DNA from: the human T2T-CHM13v2.0 reference genome, Homo sapiens | Reading direction: 5' to 3' (one strand) | NCBI RefSeq assembly: GCF_009914755.1 | Contig: NC_060928.1 | DNA length: 64,000 bases | In this document: positions 25,961 through 38,751 of the stretch, one piece after another | Numbering within the stretch: position 1 is the first letter of the stretch | Layout of the letters: each line of letters begins with the position of its first letter | Notes under the pieces: generated by a model | The model's input: only the letters and a program-made list of their open reading frames with translations | What the model was told of the DNA's origin: nothing | The model's database searches: none | Translations under genes and position numbers: made by a program

Positions 25961-26787
25961 TGTTACAAAGAGTCTAGCGCCTCCATGCATCCCCCCACCC
26001 CTCACCTCCATTCTCTCCCCTTGTGATCTGCCCACACCAGCTCCCCTTCCACCATGAATGGAGGAGGCTTGAGGCCCTCACCAGATGCACATGCTGGCAC
26101 CATGCCGCTTTTACAGCCTGCAGAATCGTGAGCCACGTAAGCCTCTTTTCTTTAAAATTACCCAGTCTCAGATTTTTTTTTTTTAATTATACTTGAAGTT
26201 CTAGGGTACATGTGTACAACGTGCAGGTTTGTTACATATGTATACATGTGCCATGTTGGTGTGCTGCACCCGTTATCTCATCATTTACATTAGGCATATC
26301 TCCTAATGCTATCCCTCCCCCCTCCCCCCATCCCACAACAGGCCCTGGTGTGTGATGTTCCCCTTCCTGCGTCCAAGTGTTCTCATTGTTCAGTTCCTAC
26401 CTATGAATGAGAACATGCGGTGTTTGGTTTTTTGTCCTTGTGATAGTTTGCTGAGAATGATGGTTTCCAGCTTCATCCATGTCCCTACAAAGGACAGGAA
26501 CTCATCATTTTTCATGGCTGCATAGTATTCCATGGTGTATATGTGCCACATTTTCTTAATCCAGTCTATCATTGTTGGACATTTGAGTTGGTTCCAAGTC
26601 TTTACTATTGTGAGTAGTGCTGCAATAAACATACGTGTGCACGTGTCTTTATAGCAGCATGATTTATATTCCTTTGGGTAAAACACCAAAAGCAATGGCA
26701 ACAAAAGCCAACGTTGACAAATGGGGTCTAATTAAACTAAAGAGTCTCAGATATTTCTTTATAGTAACACGACAACAGACGAAGACA
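25961..26787 (+). mobile_element. MST-type LTR 3' half (copy 2), split by an L1PA insertion
   Basis: Colinear with 23772-24008; resumes after the L1 at agtctcagatatttc. Confidence 0.8.
26173..26742 (-). mobile_element. 5'-truncated L1PA with a 5' inversion
   Basis: Poly-T, L1 3'UTR and ORF2 C-terminus (CYKDTCTRMFIAAL) on the minus strand to about 26680, then sense L1 aaaacaccaaaagcaatggcaacaaaagcc...aattaaactaaag; TSD agtctcaga(t). Confidence 0.92.
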
Positions 26788-26802
26788 ATGAATGACTCTA
26801 AT

Positions 26803-27560
26803 CTGATTCAGTCTTGGTAGGTCATATGTTTCCAGAAATGTGAACACTTCATCTAGGCCATTCAATTTGTTGATGCACAATTTTTCACAGTACTCTCCTA
26901 TAAGCCCTTTTAATTTTGTTAAATTGGTTATAATATCCCCTCTTTCACTTTCAATTTTAGTTACTTGAGTCTTCTCTCTTTGTATCTTAGTCATTCTAGC
27001 TAAAAGTTTTCAATTTTGTTGATCTTTTTGAAAAATCAACTCAGTTTCATTGACTTTTCTCTATTGTTTTCTATTCCCTAGCTTATTTCTGATCTAATCT
27101 TTATTATTTCCCTCTTCTGCTAGCTTTGAGTTTAGTTTGTTTGTTTTCTATTCCTTCGAGGTGTGAGTTTACGTTGTTCATCTGAGATCTTTCTTCTTTT
27201 TTACTGTAGGTATGTACAGCTACAAATTTCCTTCTCAGCACCGTTTTCACAGCATCCCAGAAGTTTTGGTAGGTTGTTTTCATTTTTATTTTGTCTCAAA
27301 CTATTTTCTAATTTTCCTGTGATTTCTTCTCTGACCTACTGTTTAACAGTGTGCTAATTTCCACATATTTGCGTATTTTCCAGTGTTCCTTTGCCACTGA
27401 TTTCTAGTTTCATTCCACTGTGGTTGGAAAGGATACTTTGTATTATTATTTTAACCTTTTTAAATTTATTAAGACTTGTTTTATGGCCGAATGTGTGGTT
27501 TATCCTGGAGAATGTTCCATGTGGACTTGAGAAAACTGTTTATCTGCTGTTGCTGAGTTC
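26803..27560 (-). mobile_element. Old L1M ORF2 fragment
   Basis: Minus frame KIESERGDIITN...LDEVFTFLETYDLPRLNQ. Confidence 0.8.
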
Positions 27561-28874
27561 CATGTGTTTCTTAAATAGAGGAGACTGTCCTATCAATGTC
27601 GTTAATATATCTTCACAGATTTATGTCTTTAATCCATCTCTATTTTGTATGTGGTCAGAAGAAGGAATCCAACTTAATTTTTTAGAGTTAGTCAGTTTTA
27701 CCCACATTATCCAAAAAAATAAATGACACTTATCTTCAATCATTAAAATGAAGTCCCACCTGTAACCTACACCGAGTTCCTTTTCATACATGTATTTGCA
27801 TTTTTCCTCTGTACTATATAATTTCTAAAAGCACAGTTGTCTTAAACAAACCCATTCATTACAAAGTAATTGATATGTCTCTTAATCTTTGCTCCCTCCT
27901 CTATCTTTTTTTCTTTCAAATACGTGTTAGAGTGGTTTCTTTGTACTAAAGATTTGGGTAGAGTTTGGATTTTGCTGATTGTCTCCTGCGATGTTGTCTA
28001 GTATGCTTTCTTGCTCCCTGCATTTCCTGAAAATTTCTAGTTAAATCAGATTCAGGTTTGAGTTTTAGGAAGAGGAGACTACTTCCTAGACGGTGGTGTG
28101 TATTTGCATCTAGTTGTCTCTTTTGCTGATGTTAGCAGCTGCACTACATTCTCATTAGGTGTGTTCTGTCCCCTTCCTGCTACATGGGAAGCACTTGGGA
28201 TAATACATGCTGTGTTCATCACTTTCTCCCCATCACCGAGCACCGTTTCTGGAAAACCAAGGGATCCAATATTATCTAAATTTTTAGTGAATACAGGAGC
28301 TCATGGTTCAGACTTATCTCTTCTACTAACTCTAATAGATCATGGACAAGATGCTTAATTTTTGTGAATCTTATTTTCACAGTCTGTAAAATGAAGGGAT
28401 TGGCATTACCATGCCCCCTAATGTTCCTTGAATGATTCTACAACATGGCCATGCAAAGGTCAAGAAGATAGGCTGTCTTTTTCCTCCAGAAGTTGCAAGA
28501 AATAAAGAATTCCATCCCATGCATATATACTGACCAAGAAATGTTTTCTGGGGGGACTTTTTTGTTTTTCTTTTTGCAGAAACACATTTGATTTGGGCAA
28601 TAAATTTATACTTAGAATAGAACAGCGTTTGTTGGTTACATATATCAAAATGAAGCAATGTTCAATTATGTTCAGTTCCATTCCATGATGGACTAGAATA
28701 TAACAATATAATACACATATTATAACGTAGGTATGCACATGAACACATATGAATAACTAATTTAAATTCTGCTGAGAAAAATGCCAAAACCAAAGAGACA
28801 GGCCTATTGTCTATAAACAAATGCATATATTAAGTAATTATAAAACCACCCTCCATCTTTCTTGTTGTTGCCAT

Positions 28875-29156
28875 TGTTTTAGAAAAACGGTCTTGCTCTC
28901 CGGCCCAGGCTGGAGTGCAGTGGTGCAATCATAGCTCACTGCAGCTCAAACTCCTGGGCTCAAGCAGTCCTCCGACCTTAGTCTCCTAAGTAGCCAGGAC
29001 TGTAGGTACATCTCATCTTTACTGGCTAATTTTCTGCTTTTTAAGAGACAGGGTCTCGTTGTCATCCAGGCTGGTCTCAAATTCCTGGCCTCAAGAGATC
29101 CTTCCACCTGAGCCTCCTGGGTCATTGGGATTACAGGTATGAGCCACCACACCCAG
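28875..29156 (-). mobile_element. AluJ
   Basis: Diverged dimer with atcatagctcactgcagc...ctcctgggctcaagc. Confidence 0.9.
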
Positions 29157-30932
29157 CAACCTTCCATTCTTAACCAACTTTTGTTTAATTTCCAACAAAT
29201 AACAGGAAAAACAAACTGTCCACCTTGAAAATAATGACATAAAATCATATTCATCTTTTTCCATATATACACATGTGTACACATATAACTTTTATTAAAA
29301 CAAATATACACAAGCAAAGATCCCATTAAAGTTCATCCTTGGCAGTAACAAGGTGCAGATATGAGTAAAAAGTAGTAAAAACATGCAAGTTTACTACATC
29401 ATGGGCTATGTTTTCAAAAATACAAAATCAAGTCATCTTTTGGAAAAACAAGCTTCCTCAACTTTTATTAAAATTTATATCCAGACTAAAAGAAAATAGT
29501 TACCAGTATAAAACAATATCAGAACTCAAGTTAACATCTTATATTTAACTACTTTGAGTTTCCTAAACATTGTCTAAGCAAACACTTATTCTCTAGCACA
29601 ATGGTCAGAGAGTTAATGAAGATACAATTTTTCTAGGCAGAAATCAGTTATGTTCTACTATGCAAACCAAACAGTTGAATTGATTCTTATCCTTGTATCG
29701 TAAGCATTGAGGCTCATCCAGTATTTATTAGAATGGTGCTTGGTGGATAATCACTAGTCCCTTTGTGCACCAAAACTCAAGAGTTCTTAGAGGCTTGTTC
29801 CACATCATCATAGAAAGAGAAGGTACCACTCATTTTTTTATTCTAAGCAATTTTCTCTACTTCTCCTTAGCAAACTAGACACATCTGCTTCACACACTGC
29901 AACATAACAGTTCTATCAGAAATTAGAGCACCAGATTATCACAATAAAAGGACAAAGACAAGTGTCTCCTTTCTAAAAGCAGTGGTAATCAGTTGGTTTT
30001 AAAACAGCCACGTTCATCATATTCTCCTGTAATCGGAACACAGAAATGTGTCCTCATAATCAAGGTACTCTTTTCTAGGAACATAGCATTACTTCATTAT
30101 TACTAACAACACAGCACAGCACCTAAATAATCTTTTTATCTCTTCAAAGCTGTAGAGGCTGTTCATATTGCCTAAGATCAACAACATTACAATTGAAAAA
30201 AAAAAAGCAGCTAGCTGGCTAAAACACACACAATGCACACACACGCACACAGACACACAACCATACACAAACTTGGTCTCTCACATTAAACTCTGTAACA
30301 GTAAAAATCACTCCTAAATAGTTGTTTCTATTAAACTGTTTCTGTTCCAGAGAATAAAAATACAATAATATATATGATTAGGGGTCATGATTCTAAAATC
30401 ATTAACTTTATTTTTTTTTTATGATTGTGGTCCCATCAATTTAAATTTTCCTTTACACTTTCAAACAAGGTGGCCACACACTCGACTCCATTGTTCTTCT
30501 GGGGGTAGACAAGTGTGAGGTGACCCCAGTTAGGGATGCCCCAACAGGCATTAAGTTGACAGCACAAGAGCTTCCATCGCAACCCTCTAGACACTGCAAC
30601 CGCCACAACAGTCTCTTGGTACTCATTTAGTGTCTTACTAAACGTTTACCTTGCCAATGATCATTACATTATGTGGATACTAAGACTTTGGTTAGATATC
30701 TCTACCTTTTGGCCTTTGTCTGTATTTTACAAATTTAGTTTACATTCAATCTTTGGTCTTCTAAAAGACCTTTGGTAAAATAAGTACACGCTTATCAGCA
30801 ACATAAATACTGGACACAACTAAAATCACTTTCATTTATTCCCTAAATTCTCCCCCTACAAGTTCTGGAGATTTCCAAAAACTTGTAATCAACATAGCAA
30901 AGTGGGTGCTACCATTGCAAAGATTAGAGCAC

Positions 30933-31236
<304 letters not shown>

Positions 31237-31792
31237 TAGAGCATTTTTATACTGTACACAATAACTTTTTAAAATAGAGATGCTTTATTTTCTAGCATAA
31301 AAGTAGAAAAAAGTAAAAGGAAGAATGGAACAAGAAATTTTGAAAATTATGTTTTCAAAAGAAAAAGCTGCTTATAGATCATGCTCACGTAATTCTCCAA
31401 TATAATAATTCAGTCCTTTAAGATGACTTAAAAACATATTCCAAATGTGTTTGCTTATTCACAGTGAAATATTTGGTGATGAATCAGAGGTAGTCCAAAA
31501 AATGATCAAAATTCATTACCTAACATTCATGTTGAATGTGTTTAATCACTAAGCAATTATGGATTTAATATCTAAGATTGATTATCCAGTCAAATCGCCT
31601 CCCAGAATATTTAAAATCAAGTTGCTCTGCTGCTTTGTCAGAAAAATATGTGATTGCTTATGCATGTCAATGATTTACACATACACACATTTGGTAATGA
31701 GACATACAATAGAGCAAACTGAAGTTATTCCTTTCCCCAATCTATAGTATCTATTAACTCTTTAGTTTTAAACAAAGAAAAACCATATTTTA

Positions 31793-32099
31793 TTTTATTT
31801 ATTTTTTATTGTACTTTAAGTTCTAGGGTACATGTGCACAACGTGCAGGTCTGTTACATACGTATACATATATTGTACCAACATACATATGTTGGTGTGC
31901 TGCACCCATTAACTCGTCATTTAACATTAGGTATATCTCCTAATGCTTTCCCTCCCTCCTCCCCCCACCCCACAACAGGCCCTGGTGTGTGATGTTTCCC
32001 TTCCTGTGTCCATGTGTTCTCATTGTTCAATTCCCACCTATGAGTGAGAACATGCGGTGTTTGGTTTTTTGTCCTTGCGATAGTTTGCTGAGAATGATG
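31793..32099 (-). mobile_element. Short young L1PA 3' fragment
   Basis: L1 3'UTR; 16-bp TSD gaaaaaccatatttta at 31777 and 32100. Confidence 0.95.
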
Positions 32100-32835
32100 G
32101 AAAAACCATATTTTATAAGACTATGAAGCTTACAGAATATAGTATATGTAGTACGTCCCAAACTAATCTGTTCCAACAGGTATAAGAAAAATACAACAAT
32201 ATATGTTTAAAAGTTACATTCACTAAAGGCAAAAAAGATAATCCTACATGGTTTAGATTTTCCATAGGAGAATACAGTTGAAGCAAGCTCTGCAGTGATA
32301 ATATTCAAATAATTTATGTAAATTAGAATGGTCAAATGTTTCTGTCTATGCAATCCAACTGGATGTTAGTGTAGGTACTTAAGTTATGGAATGCTTATAA
32401 TTGCACAGCATTCCAGTAACTGATAGAAGAAAAGACAATGATAGATGCTGATCCTTATTCCACGTCAAATGGCCTTGTATAGACTTTGCCTAACCAGAGT
32501 CTCAGATCCCACTGAGTGCTTTTCAAAAGGGGCATTTTTCCCTGTTATAACACAGGTACTATTTTTGGCCTCACAAAGCCTTCAGCCTAGACAGTGAAAT
32601 CCCAGCTATAGACACATGCAAATAATCCTAGAATTTGCAAATATGCTACAGAAAATATCATTCTCTCTTTTATGTCAACCCTCACATCACCACTAGTACT
32701 CCCATAGGCAAGGGGAGACTGGCAAAGATTCTTTACACTGGAAACAAGTGATTCTGATACACTGCAGATACTTACCTCAATACAGGTTGATAGCTCATTA
32801 ACACAGCTTAGATTTCATGAAAAAGTCTGCTTCCT

Positions 32836-33147
<312 letters not shown>

Positions 33148-34583
33148 CTAAGGAGCACATGTCCAGTGATGCTACACGATACTACCCAGGTGCCCATTAG
33201 CAGTATGCAACAGTCATTTGATAAGTCCTAATCTAATGGTCTTGAAAGAGTTAATCTTCCAAACAGACTACAAAATAGTTTGTACACTGAAAATATCAAG
33301 CACAACTGATTACATATCTGAGTTTTTCAAGAGGAAAAAAACACAGAGCTAAGGGCGATCTACTTATTGATATCACAGTGAAGAACCGGAGAAAACACCT
33401 CGAATGATTATGAGACTTCTACATGGGGATTCTGGTAGGGGAAACCTGGGTATTTTACTTTGATCTTTATGAGTAGCTGTTTCATTGGCAATATTCTAAC
33501 TATCTGATGGTAGTGGAAAATCATTTCAATATTTGAAAGTTACATACTTGATTTTCAGGTGAGCTACTCATGGCAATTTTTTAAAGGGCACAGTTTTCTA
33601 TTCACTATGTTTGCTGACATACAATTCAAATATAGTACAATACAGAAATAAAGACATAAAATTCCATAAAGAACAAAGGAATCATACTGTGTACACTTAG
33701 CAACATAGTAATTCATACCAAGCATCAAGAAAAGAGTGTAAAATAAACTGCAAAAAGCGCTCAGTTGAGCATGGTTGATTTTTTAAGTTTCGGTTATCTG
33801 AAATTTGGAACACTGGCCTAAATGTTATCTTTACTATTTAAATGTGATTTTGATAAGAACTCAGAACTTTTACACATAAATGACTTGGGTAACGTTTTGG
33901 AGACAATTTACACACACACACATACACCAACAATGACAAACATAATTTGGTGTTTTCCAAATATGCTTAATGAAAAGAATCATTAGCAAATATATCCAGA
34001 TAACTTTTTGTCTTACGTATATAGTTGCAAATCAGCAATTTATTCTAGTATGTGACACTTTGCTACAGACTTTTAAAATACAAGAAAACATGGTTATCAT
34101 CTGTAGCAAAACACTTGATACGACATACCTCACAGTAGTCTCAAATAACAATTTGGGGTAAACTGCTGCCAAAGTTTATGAAACCATAGTTTTGTGATGC
34201 ATTTTTTCTCTCTCAGACTTTCAGTACTATTAGGGCAGTGAAATTCTAAAATGAATTACTGAAGAATATTGTTTTGCAGTATCTATAATAGAAAAGCTAT
34301 CTGGTTTCAGTTATTTACTTGCACAACTGAAGTGTCCATCTAGAACACAGTCAGCACCGCATCAAACAGTCTACAGCAACTTGATCCTTTGTCATTTTTA
34401 ACTGAGCTCGTTCGACAAATTAATGAATTAACAGAGATCAATTCAAAAGAGCTGCTCAGTGACACAATAATAACAAGCCCAATGTCTAATAAAGTTAAAT
34501 AAAATTTTATACATAACTGCTGCTTTAAAATCCCAGGGTAATTGACACCTGAATAAGAGCTCTGTAATATAATTTAGTTCTTT

Positions 34584-35136
34584 TTATTATTATTATTATT
34601 ATTGTACTTTAAGTTGTAGGGTACATGTGCACAATGTGCAGGTTTGTTACACATGTATACATGTGCCATGTTGGTGTGCTGCACCCATTAACTGGTCATT
34701 TAGCATTAGGTATATCTCCTAATGCTATCCCTCCCCCCTCCCCCCTCCCCCCACCCCACAACAGTCCCCAGAGTGTGATGTTCCCCTTCCTGTGTCCATG
34801 TGTTCTCATTGTTCAATTCCCACCTATGAGTGAGAACATGCAGTGTTTGGTTTTTTGTCCTCGGAATAGTTTGCTGAGAATGATGGTTTCCAGTTTCATC
34901 CATGTCCCTACAAAGGACATGAACTCATCATTTTTTATGACTGCATAGTATTCCATGGTGTATATGTGCCACCGTTTCTTAATCCAGTCTATCGTTGTTG
35001 GACATTTGGGTTGGTTCCAACTCTTTGCTATTGTGAATAGTGCCGCAATAAACATATGTGTGCATGTGTCTTTATAGCAGCATGATTTATAATCCTTTGG
35101 GTATATACCCAGTAAGGGGATGGCTGGGTCAAATGG
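34584..35136 (-). mobile_element. L1PA 3' fragment
   Basis: (TTA)n tail, 3'UTR, and ORF2 end PFDPAIPLLGIYPKDYKSCCYKDTC...SLIGGN. Confidence 0.95.
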
Positions 35137-35441
35137 TTTTTTTTTTTTTTTTTTTTTTTGAGGCAGAGTCTCATTCTGTAGCCTAAGTTGGAATGTACTG
35201 GCGCGATCTCGGCTCACCACAACCTCTGCCTCTGGGGCTCAAGGGATTCTCCTAACTCAGTCTCCTGAGTAGCTGGGATTACAGGCGTGTGCCACCATGC
35301 CCAGCTAATTTTTTGTATTTTGTTAGAGATGGGATTTCATCATGTTGCCCAGGGTGGTCTCAAACTCCTGAACTCAGTTGATCTGCCCACCTCAGCCTCC
35401 CAAAGTGCTGAGATTACAGGTGTGAGCGACTGTGCCCGGCC
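35137..35441 (-). mobile_element. Alu (AluS/J) directly abutting the L1PA
   Basis: T23 tail then a full dimer ending cccggcc. Confidence 0.95.
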
Positions 35442-36062
35442 TATGATTTAGTTCTTTATCTGGTTGCATGCACAACTTGTAATATAGAGCAGCAAACATT
35501 TATGACCATGAGTATAGCTACCCAATGCTAACTCTGCCAGCTGAAAGGTTTGTGGTGTTGGTTGTGGTTGTGATTGTTGATGAGCCATTAACTGATTTAT
35601 GTTCAGCCTTTCCCTCTGTAATAAGAGGCACTCACCCCACTTTCATTGTTTGTTCCATTTACAGAAAAAAAATTGTTCCATTTGCTCATTTATAAATAAA
35701 ATTCTCTTTCATTTTTCTGCTAGAAGTCTTCAAAAAGTGAAGAAGAATGCAATTACCCCTTTTGTGGCACTCATTTACAATAAAAGTTTGCACACTCCTT
35801 CCCCTGAATGCATTCAGCAGCTTACTCTCACCCCAGCCCTGAACCGCATTCCTCAGTTAACATGTAACTCTCCATACATTCTGTACTTCTCTTGACTAGT
35901 AGAATTGGAGGGGTTTATAACGCTGACAGCACGTTAGCTCAGAAACTATGGCAGCAGCCAGGTAAAAGTTGGAAGTTTCCTCCACCACTCTGCTTTCCCA
36001 GACATCTGTCAAGAGCGAGGCCTTGCGCAGCGTGTCCATCTCACCCGGAACGTGGTGCTTTT

Positions 36063-36931
36063 TTAAACGGAGTCCACCTTTACTACATTATTGTTGGTCA
36101 TCAGTGGAGACGGTTTCCATTTAACCCTATCGGCCACGTCGTTAGAGCTGTCCACAAAGAACACCCTGGCTGTACAGAGCGAGACTATAATTCTCCTGTA
36201 TTCCTTCCTGAAATTTTGGTTCAGTAGCCCGTATATAATGGCATTGAGGCAGCTGTTGAAATACGCCATGTAGTAACTGGCCACAAACAGCCACTCTGGG
36301 ATCCTAGGCACCATGCTGGCGGGGTCAGAGGCCACGGCCAGGCCAATGAAGTTCAGAGGAGCCCAGCAAATGGCAAAAAGGACAAAAACCACAAACATGG
36401 TGACAAAATTCCTGAAGTCCTGTGGTTTCAGTTTGGGTTTGCGGTCAGGTTTCACCCTCTGTCTGACCTGGAGAACCAGGATCCATATTCTCAGGTAACA
36501 GAAGATGACTATGATCATGGGGACGAGGAAGTGGAAAACCACCACGGCGATGGTGTAGGCGGAGCTGACGGACTGGGCGAAGGTGCACGAGTAGATCCTC
36601 GGGTCGTACTGGAGAGTCCCTGCACGGAGGTTGGGCAGGACGGCCGCCAGCGTCAGGAGCCATATGAGGAGCACGTAGCAGAGGGAGTTCTTGCTGCTGT
36701 ACAGTTTGTCGTACTTGAGACTGTGGCAGATGTAGCAGTAGCGGTTGATGGCGATGCCGGTGATGTTGAATATGGAGCCGATGACGCTCAGGCCCATCAG
36801 GAACCCACTGACTTGGCAGTGCAGATAGCCCAGGTTCCACCCGTTGTTAAATATCGACATCAGCACCAACGGGTACGGATAAATGGCCACCACCAGGTCT
36901 GCCACCGCTAAGCTCACCACAAAGATGTTTC
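36063..36931 (-). CDS. MTNR1A: Melatonin receptor type 1A, coding exon 2 (TM2-TM7 and C-terminus)
   Basis: Acceptor ctctttcag|GAAAC; G+GA completes Gly62. 184+869=1053 nt = 350 aa plus TAA. Contains NRYCYICHS (NRY instead of DRY), CWAP and NAIIY (instead of NPxxY), which are diagnostic of melatonin GPCRs. Confidence 0.98.
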
Positions 36932-37031
36932 CTGAAAGAGAATCGTTTAGAAAATACAGTGAATACCAGTTCACAGTGGGTTTTCTGTTACAATTGTTAA
37001 AGAAGGAGCTGCTTCTGCAGCTCCGATGACC

Positions 37032-37039
37032 TGACGTCA
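37032..37039. promoter_or_regulatory. Palindromic CRE (TGACGTCA)
   Basis: Exact full-site match in a small CpG cluster about 100 bp from the exon 2 acceptor. Confidence 0.5.
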
Positions 37040-37419
37040 CAGCGGCGGCCGCACTGCAAATGAAGTGGAGGCCGTTTCCCAGGAGGCCAGTCCACTGCCG
37101 CTCCTGACACATCGAATCCGCTGTTCACACATTCCCACCTCCCCAGAACAGGGCCTGTTCCATGCTCAAAACTGCTGTCTTTCAAACCGTTCGGCTTCTC
37201 ATCTCTTAAAAAGTCCTGAGATCAGAATGCTTGCACAACATCTGTTGTTCTGGAGCCTTCTACATCACCTGAGAAATCTCATATGATGTCAAGCCAGCCA
37301 CAACTTCCTTAAGTTCAAGTCTTCATTCCCTCTGTAGTCCTTCAGCAGCTCTCAGGGGGCCTCTAGCTTCTGTTCTTGCTGATCCCATAGAGAGGGAGTT
37401 AAGGGCAAGAGGGATCTGT

Positions 37420-37610
37420 CGTCAGCCGTCTGGATGAGAACATGGCTTCACTCCTTACTAACTGTCCAACCGGGGCAAGTTACTTGATCTCCCCAAGCAC
37501 CTGCCTCCTCCCCTGGATGATGGGATAATGAGCAGCTTCCTCTTAGGGCTGTGGTGAGCACGAGATGAGACTATCTGTGGTGAGCGCCATGTACCGTGTC
37601 TTACACCATA
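37420..37610 (+). mobile_element. MIR SINE
   Basis: gggcaagttacttgatctc...cctcc...atgggataatg. Confidence 0.6.
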
Positions 37611-37778
37611 GAAATGTTCTTATTCTACGACTCCCTCACCTTGAACCAAAGGAAAATGCAGAAATTCTCTTAGATCTTATAAAGAACTTACGTTACAAAA
37701 CTTAAACCCTAAATAGTCTGTTAATTTTCTCAATTAATATAACAACACATATTTAATTACAGAAAAAAAAAACTCTAG

Positions 37779-38082
<304 letters not shown>

Positions 38083-38432
38083 TACATTAGTCAAATATTA
38101 TGAGATGTTCTGCAAATATGTTTTTTTTCTTTTGCGGCTCTTCTGCCTCTGTTTCTTACTATTCCTTCTGCCTCGAATGGCTCCTCACATCAACTTTCTA
38201 AATCCTGCCCATTCTCCCAAGTCTATCTCAAATAGAAATGCCAGAAGCCTTTGCTCATTTGCCCACCTAGTGGTAAGAGCTTCCTCCTTTGAAGGGTCTT
38301 AAAGCACTTTATACTGCTTTTTACTCAGATTAAATTATAATAAATTCAATTCAGTTTACATATTAAATGCATATATTTGGTGCAGGGGGAAACAGGAATT
38401 GAGAGACAGGAAAAGTCAAAAAGATTACACTA

Positions 38433-38751
<319 letters not shown>

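Noticed and set aside
36531-36911. Antisense and alternative-frame ORFs overlapping exon 2
   Set aside because: Expected by-product of GC-rich codon usage; no independent evidence.
36932-37112. N-terminal 60 aa of the 349-aa ORF as the real MT1 N-terminus
   Set aside because: It starts at a GTG inside the intron. The true N-terminus comes from exon 1 through a canonical splice.
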